Part shown: one piece after another, positions 53,831-64,000 of the stretch
Layout: the number at the start of each line of letters is the position of its first letter
Position numbering within the stretch: position 1 is the stretch's first letter
Source: Octopus sinensis
Lineage: Eukaryota
Length of the DNA: 64,000 bases
Direction: 5' to 3'
Assembly (NCBI RefSeq): GCF_006345805.1
Contig: NC_042999.1
Coordinates: 117,552,001-117,616,000, forward strand
The notes under the pieces: generated by a model
Databases searched by the model: none
Seen by the model: the letters and a program-made list of their open reading frames with translations, nothing else
What the model was told of the DNA's origin: nothing
Made by a program: the position numbers and the translations under genes

Positions 53831-56084
53831 GATTTCGAATTTTGGCACAAGGTTAACGATTTTAAGGGGAGATTTGTAGATTGCATAGACCCCAGTATTT
53901 GACTGGTATGTTATTTTATCGAAACTGATGAAAGGCAGAATTGACTAATAATTCAAGAATAAAGATTTAGAAATAGGTATAAACGACAATTAAGGACCAA
54001 AAATAAAAGAATTAAGAGTAAACGGACTCTTTAATATAAGTTACCATGGAAAGGATAGGGAAATGTTTATTCTGACAAATACTCAGCTAAAACATCAGAA
54101 CTTATAAATAAAAATAACATACAGAAAGTAGCACGACGAGCCATTGCCCATTGATTATGCAGAGCTTTTTCCGTACAGTAAAATGTCGAAAGCAAACAAA
54201 ACACTGTATAAATCGAAGACAAACAGAGCAGTGCTGATTAGTACAGTGAAAACATACAATGGAAATAAGGTTGCTGCATAAAAACATAGAACAAAAGCAA
54301 TAATAAAAGACTGAGTGGAGTTGTGCAAAGAGCATAGTTTGTTACTGGAACAAAATAAAACCTTCAATTCACAAAAATAACTCCAAGTACCCCAAGATAT
54401 ACTAAACACACGAGGACATGTTTAAATCAGCATCTGAAACGCAATATTTCTTTTAGTAGAATCCCATAAATACAGTGAATGTAAGCAGTAAGCCTGCTCT
54501 GCTGTATATACTCTGGCAGTATGCCGCTCTATGGATAATTATAGGAAATTTTACGTTGCAAGCAAGTCTCAGCGTTTTGTAATAATCAAGTCCGAATTTT
54601 GTAAGAAAACTGTATATGGCAACGGCCGTTGGCTGTTGAGATTGAGTGAAATTTTCCATTGGGAGACACCTGTAAAATCCTATCTAAAGTGCTGTTAATT
54701 CAATTATAAGAAAACTCGTGAAAACTAGGAGAATCGTCTCCTATATATAGTTGCGTGCAGATATCTACATATCGCAAAGCGGCTGAAAACAAGAATAAGT
54801 AAGATAAAACATCGCTGATATTTCTTGTGGAATATACAAATAGCTTTTTACAGTTACATCAAATGTACTCCAACGTAAGCTAACTCTTATATCTAATGAA
54901 ATAAGTTGCTACGACGTATGTCTTCAATGCAACTAAGCTATTTATAGAGAAATCCCATAATGAAGCTCGCGAAAGTTATATCTTCCAGAAAAGGCGCCTC
55001 AATGCTGAACATCACCATTATGGCAATGGTTTTGTGTAAGAAACAGTCCGCTCCATAAACTGACAGACGCTGACTGGCATTAGTCTAATACGAAGGAGAA
55101 GTTAGACGCTATTTAGTTGATGACCATTGAATAGTATGCAAAGTAGGGCGAGCTCAACAGAATAAATACGCATGTTGTTCTTGGAAGATAATGGAAGGTC
55201 AACGTCTACGTGAAGACAATAGTTCTTTCTTGTAAATTATTTTTTTCTTAAAGAGAATGGTTTTAATTTATTCTTCCATTTCTATAAGTTGTAAATGTTA
55301 CGTTAATGATGCTGTTGATTTACATCCAGTCTCAGACAAGCGTACGTGTTCATCATAATGATAAGAAATTTAGATAATATATATTACTATTGCTGTCTGG
55401 AATCTGTGATATGAAATCACACAAATTTGTTTCGAAGATGCAGAAAACATACACATATAAATACATAATTACATACTTATATTCTTACACATATACAGAC
55501 AATCACATGTGCGTAACATAGTGTGTGTGTGTGTGTGTGTGTACGCGCGCGCACATGTGTGTGTGTACGTGCGCACGCGTATGTGTGTGTAAGTGTGTGT
55601 GCAGAAGAAGGAAAGCCAGTCAATAAATTTTGCATAATTCATACCTGTAGATGATAGTTGTTGACTGTTGGAGTATCATAGACATGTAAAAGCTTTGTTT
55701 AATTATTCTGACCGTCTCCATGAATAAGGTATGTGTCAAAGGCAACTTTTTGCCATTGATTAGTCCCATTCATGAGGGCAGCACAGATATCAACCATACA
55801 ATCCGCCTCAAAGTAAAGAAAAAAGGGAATCAATCTTACGAAAGACCAATTAAAACTTCCTTTCAAGATGCGTACTAATAAAGGTTCAACTATGGAGGTT
55901 ATCCGATAGCTTATAATGATGTATGTATGTATGTATGCGCGTATATATGAATATCATTTTTCAATTTATTTCAAAATTTCTTGCCAATAGAGAAAGAACC
56001 GTTTTCTAACCTAGATCTAAAGCTCCTTCATTGGGATTTCAACATCAACAACAGGTTATTTTTGCTTGTATGTATGTATGTATG

Positions 56085-56115
<31 letters not shown>

Positions 56116-56219
56116 GTATGTATGTATGTATATATGTGTATATGTACGTACGTAAAGATTTGTATGTTTTATGTATGTAGTCTCATGCATATAGTTGCAT
56201 ATCTAGACATACTCATATA

Positions 56220-56660
56220 CGTTTAAATAATAAACTTATGGAAAGTTTCATAAATTTTTACAGTTCCAGTGATTGATTGGATTTGTAGACATCGAATTAG
56301 CTTTCTCCTTTCTGGTTTTGAGAAGCCTAATTTCTCAAGATTGGTATTTAGGCAGTGTGTTACATATCCCAGGGTCCCAATAATTACAAGTATAAACCTG
56401 AACTTCGAATCTGGATAGAGTAACTGCAGGTTTCTCAATAGTTCAGCATAGGTGTTCTCTTTTTCACTGATCTTCAGCTTTATGTTAACATCCGCTGGTC
56501 AGCTAATTTCCACAACTGTGAACAGTTTCTCTTTCTCAATGCCAAATCATTTTATCAAGTCTGTTGTGCTTACATTTCATCCAAACCTAGATACCTGTAA
56601 CATTCCTCGTTAGATACAGGGGAAACGGTCAAATCATTGATGGAGATGTTACTAGTCTGG
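56220..56660 (-). mobile_element. RLE-type (R4/Dong-like) non-LTR retrotransposon C-terminal relic
   Basis: HNRLDKMIW..VVEIS*PADVNI..EKENTYAELLRNLQLLYP..IIGTLGYV..LQIQSITGTVKI. Confidence 0.7.
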
Positions 56661-56699
56661 TTTATATTTTTCCCCCTTTTCACAACCATATAACAACAT

Positions 56700-56810
56700 T
56701 TATCCTGACCAACTCAGCTACGTTTTGAATGTGATGAATGCGAACAAATTTGCCTCTCTAGAGCTGGCCTTACAAGAAACCGACGCAAACATGCTGAACT
56801 TCCTGTTTGA
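56700..56810 (+). mobile_element. LINE (RTE-like) C-terminal zinc-finger relic
   Basis: FECDECEQICLSRAGLTRNRRKH*-type ending. Confidence 0.45.
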
Positions 56811-56932
56811 ATACCATTAATTTCTAGTAGCTAACTTTAAAAGCTATTATAGGTCCGATGGTCACGGAAAAAATCATAGAAATAAGACAACTTTTCAGCG
56901 ATGGTCACATTTGTTTAATGAATATATGCATG

Positions 56933-57107
<175 letters not shown>

Positions 57108-59459
57108 GTGTGTGTCCATATGTATATAATTCTCTAAATGGAAATACCCAATTAAATAGAGCATGTACGTGTATACATAGATATATCATGATACATTATA
57201 AAACACATAAAAATTTATATGCCATTATAAACGAATACATGAATGCTCTGATACACTGGTGGAAGCCTCAAGGACAAACAGTTGAGAACCTCACCCAATC
57301 TAAATAAAATAAATGGAAAGTAATATTATGCCGAAAGCCAAGTCAGTCCATATGCAATTGTACATATTTGTAAATCTTAATACATATGACAATAAATCTT
57401 AATGTAAAACTGCGAGTCTTTATAATACATCTGAATATAATCTGAATATGAAAAGGCTCTAGGAGAATACAGTTGCATTTATATTGTTGTAGGTAATGAA
57501 GGAGAAGGTAATATTCGAATAATCAACTTTCAGCGTAGTAGAGTATAATCTGTATAGATGTATTGAGTAAAGAAATGTCAAAAGAGAACTCTCGTGATAA
57601 ATAATGCACTTGTAAAAAGTAAGAAAGTAGTTAATGGTGTGTGCGTTGCTATATATGATGGGAATTTAAATGTTCTGCTATATATGTAATTTAAAATCTT
57701 TAAAAGTCTTTAATATTTTGTGCTAGCACGAAAATATTCCTTCAGAATATATTTCCAGACATGTTCTTTAATAAATATAATTCTGAACTCTTAGTTGTGT
57801 GTATATATCAGTACTTTATTTAAACTTTATTATCTGACACTGAAAATATTGTACAATTTCTGTTATATTACGTTTTTCGAAAGTACAAATACATCTTGGT
57901 AATGACACAAAATTATTAATATATGTAGACGTGGGCGTATATACATTTTTGTGGTGCATTTATTAAAGATTTGTTGTACAAATGCTGTGTGGACAAGTCT
58001 TTCCTCATTACGATAAAAATGAACTTTGCAAATGAAGTAACTAAGGATAAATTAAATGTTATACCATTTGTCGTCTATGTTCTCATCAATAAACAAAATT
58101 CCCTAGTAGGAGCTAAATCACTTAAGGAGTATCCTTGTGATATTTAAAATAATAGGTAAATAATTTGCTTCTTAGCGGCGAAGGGATAGAATAAAATATT
58201 TTTAGTATGGTTATCAATAATATTCTTAGGGTAGTTTGAATGTTTCGGGTTGGAGTCTATACTTGCACCTTTTTACATAATTCAGCGCATTTACTTCTAC
58301 CTTCATCACTAACCATTTGTTACTATTCTTTTGCATTAATTAACCTTTCCGCCTATCCCTCCCTATTTTCAGCCTTCATTCTCTCTTACACTCACCTTAT
58401 ACCTTGAGAGTATGCTACACCACCTCGTCACCTCGATTTTTATCTTCGCACTGCTACTCCCATCCACTCTTATATAATACCAGGTAGCCATATATCTCTC
58501 CTACAGCAAGACACTTGTGCCTGTTTCTCATGCATTAGCCTGTCTACACCTGGCAAAAATCCAACTCCCTTTCAACTACAAACCCACTCAGGTGATAAGC
58601 CTTTTTAAAGTTTTTCTTTGTCGTGCAACTTCACTAGTGCCAGAGTCATGGACAACGCAGCCAGTACACGCTTTAAAGTAGTTGTTAAGGTGGGCATCCA
58701 GTCAGACCAAGGCAAACATTAGATCCCTATGCTGTCGTCCTCTTGCTGGACCCTGTTTCAGCCATGCCAGTATAGAAGGTAGAAGTTAAAAATGATGGCA
58801 ATGATGATAATATAAATCATATTATGTTACATTATGGGGGTTGCGAGATTATCAGGTGCAGATTGCATCGAATAATCAGCTGGAGGAGGAATCCTCCTGG
58901 GGTTAAAATGGTAGTAACGCCGGTTCCTACGGAGCAGCCATGCTGCAGTATAGTTGATGCTTTCATCTCTTGTTGAAAAGATTGCAAGACGCAACGAAAA
59001 TTTTTGGAAAATCAAAATAAGAGATAAATGGAAATTTTACCGGTGAGTGTGTTAAATTATAAGGCAAAAAAGAAAATGACTCTCCCCAGACACAATAAAA
59101 TATTAGATAACATCATATTAATATTACAAAATTGTATAATTTGGGTGACGTAATAAAAGAGTTTTCTAAATAAATATCTTCCATGTAACTCTTCTGAATT
59201 CTAGCCGTTATTATCCAAAGTGTATACCCCACGAGACTTTAAACTTTATGAATATACAATTTTACCATTCTAAATATATAATAATATATCAAGTCAGAAA
59301 TATTTGAATTAAAATTTTGTTAGTGCAAAAATTTTTAATGATAATGCATCCTATTATAATTATTATATAAGGTGAATACAAATGATGAAAATATAAAATA
59401 TATTCATAATACTAAATTCAGGATATTTAACATGACTGCTATTTCTCAGAATACTAATA

Positions 59460-59712
59460 ATAACTGCACCCTTTTAAAGCCTAGCCGGGCTCATGGGCCC
59501 GGTTTCCCGGTTTCAATGGCGTATGTGTTCCCCAGCTGGACAGAACACCAGTCCATCGCAGCGTTACTCATTTTCGGCAGCTGAGTGGACTGGAGCAACG
59601 TGAAATGAAGTGTTTTGCTCAAGGACACAACACGTCGCCCGGTCCAGGAATCGAAACCACAATCTTACGATCATGATGCTGACACCCTAACCACTAAGCG
59701 ACGCGCCTCCAC
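59460..59712 (-). mobile_element. tRNA-derived SINE (family D), near-full
   Basis: Head GGAGGCGCGTCGCTTAGTGGTTAGG..GGTTTCGATTCC, core GTGTCCTTGAGCAAAACACTTCATTTCACGTTGCTCCAGTCC; diverged copies at 62558-62720 (+) and 62820-63060 (-). Confidence 0.85.
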
Positions 59713-60357
59713 TGAATACTAACACGATTTCTTATTATATACCTTTATCAATAGAATCATGACAAATACATCGATAATTACAGACAAACTGTTTAATTCT
59801 AAATCTCTAACTAAAATGCCTAATAATACATTTGACAATAATCTCAATAATATTGTACGGAAAAAAGTAAACACGCTAATATATAAGAAACTGTGTATTA
59901 GTGAAATAGACTCGTTGTCGTTATATGCCATTAATGTTAATACTTCTAAATATAAAACTAAAAGAGAAATGTCATCGTGTACTTACTAACTTATCGTAGT
60001 TCTGAAAATACTTTTGTTAATAATAAAACAATAATGAATAATGATAAAATGATAAAATCTCTTAATCTAAATAATGTTGATAGACTTTAAACAATAACAA
60101 CTTACCATCTGAAATAGATAAATATGCTTATTGGATTTCAAAGAACAATACTTATCGAGTCCTTGTGCTTCTTAAAATCATATTATGCAGTGTATTGATA
60201 ACACCATATCCATTATCTGCCTCAGGAGTCTGGGTGGTGCCCACTGGATAATGTGTAAAACATCAGATACCAAAGAAACATTTACAGGGTAATAATAATA
60301 ATAATGTTGATGATGATGATGATGACGACGACGACAGCAGCAGCAACAAAAACAGCA

Positions 60358-60734
60358 ATGAAAGGAGTTGCAGCAAAATTTGTGCCTCGCTTCCTCACGG
60401 AAGATCAAAGTCAGTCACGATTAAATGCGTGTCGTGTACGGAAAAAACAAATGGAGGTTGATCCGAACCTTTTTTCGGAGGTCAGCACTAGTGACAAAAG
60501 CTGGTGCTACGAAATTTGCAGATTTGGAAGAGGTGAAGGGAAAACGACGGAGGTGTTAAAAGTCATCATTTCGCAAGAGTTCCAACACTGCTACGAACAG
60601 TGGAAAACGTGCCTGGACCGATACATTGCTTCAAACTGAAGAATTCTTTGGAGCTAATAAAAGCATAAATATTTAAAATTAAGTGAATAAAATAGTATTG
60701 CAAAATTCCGGTTTCTTTTAGGAACCTCTCCTAT
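60358..60734 (+). mobile_element. mariner transposase relic with the catalytic core deleted and a 3' TIR-like end
   Basis: MKGVAAKFVPRFLTEDQ..STSDKSWCYE joined to RFADLEEVK..EFQHCYEQWK..DRYIASN; ends ttccggtttcttttaggaacctctccTA. Confidence 0.8.
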
Positions 60735-60799
60735 ACTCAGAAAAACATTGCTTAGTGGGGTATAACAAAAATGTTACAAAACCATCGTTGTTTCAGGTG

Positions 60800-61615
60800 A
60801 GAATAACAGGTAGAACCATGACAGCTATTAGAGTAGAGCCAAAGAGTACAAGAAAAATTGAATGGTAAAATATGTAAGGGCAGTTTGCAACAGGTAAGAA
60901 CAGAAATACAGATGATGATGGCTCTCGTTAAAGAAGGTTTAAAGCAGGACACAGAAATACATACCTGTGCTGCGCAGAAACAAGCAATTAGGACAAATTA
61001 CATCAAATGCAGGATTGATCATGCAACATAAGGTGATAAGATTCAGGTTGTGCAGTGATAAAGGAGAGATTGTCTGGTATGGTGTGCATAAGTGAATGAA
61101 TCTGTTCTAAAAAGAATAGAAAGATAAATATAACAATGTCTTAAGAATGAGTTATTGGGAGATGTGTGGCTAGTATGGACTCAACAGAGCAAAAACATGG
61201 CGTGGCGAAAACTAAGAAGGAGTAACCAAGGATGACATGATAAAGATACTGTGGGATGTAATGATTCAATATGATCATGAAAGCGAACAGTGAAAGCCGG
61301 ATATCGCAGTTGTGAAGAAAGAATAAAGAAAACCCTGTTTAATTATAAATATTGCATGTCCAGATGATGCTAGGTTATCGGAAAGAGAAATCAAACAGGT
61401 CAGCTACAATGATTTGAAGTGGGAGATAAAAATACTGTAGCCGTTGAAGAAGGAGAGTACTGTACATGTGGCTGTTGAAGTCGTTCTAATATAAGTACCA
61501 AGTTAGAAAAGCTGGATTGAAAAGTCAGATTAAATATGAAGTTTGAGTATCTAGAGAAAACAGAGTTGGTTGGAACTGCACAAATTCCACACATTGTTCT
61601 CAAAATCTGAATAAT
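60800..61615 (+). mobile_element. R4/Dong-clade non-LTR retrotransposon 3' relic (zinc knuckle and RLE)
   Basis: KEGLKQDTE..CAAQKQAIRTNYIK; RLCS; KILWDVMIQYDH; KPDIAVVK; IINIACPDD; LVGTAQI. Confidence 0.85.
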
Positions 61616-61906
61616 GTATATTACCTTAGTCCTTTGGGTGTGGGCAGCTGACACGTTGTAACGTCCTCCAATGGTGTTGCTGTTTTATAGAACAACAGTA
61701 GCTGTAGTTGTAGCAACAACAATAACATTTATTGTCAAAAGGCCAGCAGTTTTGAAGGAGCGGCTAAGTCCGGGCGGATGAGAGGCGAAGTCGACCTCGG
61801 TGGCACTTGAAATAAATAATGGTTTAAAGTTTTCGCACAAGGTCAGCAAATTCAGGTACCCATTTTATCCATCCCAACAGGATGAAAGGCGAAAGAAAGA
61901 AAAGAA

Positions 61907-61943
<37 letters not shown>

Positions 61944-61955
61944 ATGATGATGATA

Positions 61956-61993
<38 letters not shown>

Positions 61994-62249
61994 AAGGATG
62001 ATAATGGTGATGCTCATGAAGAGGAAGATGAATAAAAAAAATTGTTAGTTTTTTATCAAACTTTCAATTCAGAGTTAGTGGGCGTCTCTTGTTTATGCAA
62101 ACTAGCCTTTGGGGAGTTAAATATTTGTCGTCATATTAATATTTATGACGCGTGTAGGCGGTATGTTAATCGCATCCGTATGCTCCGATATATATATCGC
62201 TTCTATAATCAATCATGTACAATAGAAAACAAAATATCTCAGACAAACA

Positions 62250-62465
62250 AGGCGGTGAGCTTGTAGAAATGCTAGCAGGTTGGGCGAAATGCTTAGCGGT
62301 ATTTTGTCTGTCTTAACGTTCCGAGTTCTAATTCCGCCGAGATCGACTTTGCCTTTCATCCTTTCAGGGTCGATAATTTAAGTATTAGTTGCGTACTGGG
62401 GTCGATCTAATATACTGGCCCTCTCCCCCAAAATTTCGTGCCTTGTACCTAGAGTAGAAAAGAAT
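62250..62465 (+). mobile_element. SINE family A
   Basis: ggcggtgagcttgtagaaatgctagc..gagttctaattccgccgagatcgactttgcctttcatcc. Confidence 0.8.
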
Positions 62466-64000
62466 ATCATTAAACAAACATATACGCATTAGATATACAG
62501 GAGATGTATTAGTTGTACTGGACACGTCAGAAGATATCGAGAAATTAAAGAAGGATGAGAAGGTGCGTGGCCCAGTCGTTATAATGTTACACTCTCGATC
62601 ACAAGATTGTGGTTTCGATTCTCAGATTGTGATTTATGTTCTTTAGTAAATCACTTCATTTCAAATTTCTCCAGTTTATTCAGATGTAAATGTGTAACCT
62701 TGCGATGGATTTCAGTTACAGAGTGAGGTGGTGAAGCAGGAAAATCACCTGAAAGGAGGTCACGCGAACCACGTTTTGCATTCAGTGATCATAAAGAAGA
62801 ATAGTACCAAACGATGTTACCTTCTGGAGTTATGCCAACTCATAAGGGCCGGTTTCCTGGTTTTATGGTGTATATATTCCTCACCTGGATGGGACGTTGG
62901 TTCGTCCTATGATTACTAATTTTTTCTTGCTGAAGGGACTAGAGCAACGTGAAATGATGTGTTTTGTGCAAGAATACAACACATCGCACGGTCCGGAAAT
63001 CGAAGCCACAATCTTATGATCATGAGTCCAATATTCTAACCATTAAGCTACATGCCTTCATGAATAGTAGAAAAAAGTTGCCTTATCGAGTCATACCGAC
63101 TCACAAGGGCCGGTTTTCTAATTTCATGGCGTATATATCCCAATTGTACCACCTATACAGTGAATCCTGACTGGTTGGGATTGGCTGTTAAGCTACATCT
63201 AAGGTAAGTTAATCAAAAGAGGGACCTAGAGAAAAAAATCAGTACTAAAACTTAACAGCCAGAACATTACGATCAGGGCTCCATCTCTAAACCTAAACCT
63301 TCAGATGAAGACAATAGATGCATTTCGTTAGTATGTTACATAAACACGAAAACTGCATATACTTACATAGAGACAGCAAATGTCCACGCAACTGCAAAAT
63401 GTCTGCGTTAGAATCATTACTAAGGACAGCATTCAGATTCTCTTCCACAAATGAGATAGAAAGCATAAATACAATGTGACAAATACCTTAGATAGTACTT
63501 TGATTAAAAATGCCTTGTTAAGCACAACCCGTACTATATTCATTAAATATATGATAGGCATAGGAACAAATACTCAAAATCTCATACAATAGGTCATAAA
63601 ATCTCATACAATAGGTCATAAAATGCATCACACGAAGCCATAAACTGATATTAAAACAAAAGGATCAAAATCTTGTTAATAACACTATACAACTATTACA
63701 CAGATAAGAGAAAAATTTATAAATTCTGCTACAATACTGAAAGTAACAAACTTCATGATATTAACTGTTCGACATATGCAATGCTCATGTGTGGGCTCAT
63801 TTCTATTTACAAGAAGTAATAATTGTAACATACCACAATGCACATACATAGAACAAAGCTAAATAAAATGTTAACAGAAAATACAGCCATACTTTGTAGA
63901 ATTCGAGGACAGAGATATAGGCGACTGATTGCAACACAAGGCTACTGTTAACATAACGACATATACACACATAAGAAATACAAATTTAATGACGTAAAAC

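Noticed and set aside
54155-54409. Hydrophobic 84-aa ORF
   Set aside because: Composition reflects an A-rich opposite strand; no family motif.
63576-63619. 22-bp tandem duplication (similar 25-bp-period duplication at 31264-31310)
   Set aside because: Ordinary local slippage duplications with no further structure.

Overview
AT-rich, microsatellite-dense eukaryotic non-coding DNA made almost entirely of transposon relics. The tRNA-derived SINE families and repeat landscape suggest an octopus or other coleoid cephalopod (inference from my recollection of such genomes; no database search was run). I found no confidently supported host gene, only one weak exon candidate, and no rRNA, true tRNA or CRISPR. 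Nearly all ORF-track entries are microsatellite translations. The main feature is an ~8.7-kb head-to-head inverted duplication (~4316-12986) of a young, 5'-truncated Penelope-like retroelement (PLE; RT + GIY-YIG). Each arm carries ~2.8 kb of microsatellite-rich 3' sequence and ends just after a type I hammerhead ribozyme. The 153-bp spacer is the in-frame upstream continuation of the RT on the + strand. Three much smaller fold-back palindromes of similar layout lie at or beside (TA)n tracts (4062-4252, 20414-20610, 47893-48067), one starting within a hammerhead half-site, suggesting a recurring fold-back insertion mode. The window also holds Helitrons (a RepHel relic, non-autonomous copies, one with a 29-bp minisatellite), RTE, R4/Dong-like and L1-like LINE relics, older PLE relics, mariner/maT/Tigger relics and many SINEs. 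All calls are by eye. A long-read fold-back or assembly artefact for the large palindrome is argued against but cannot be excluded without reads.
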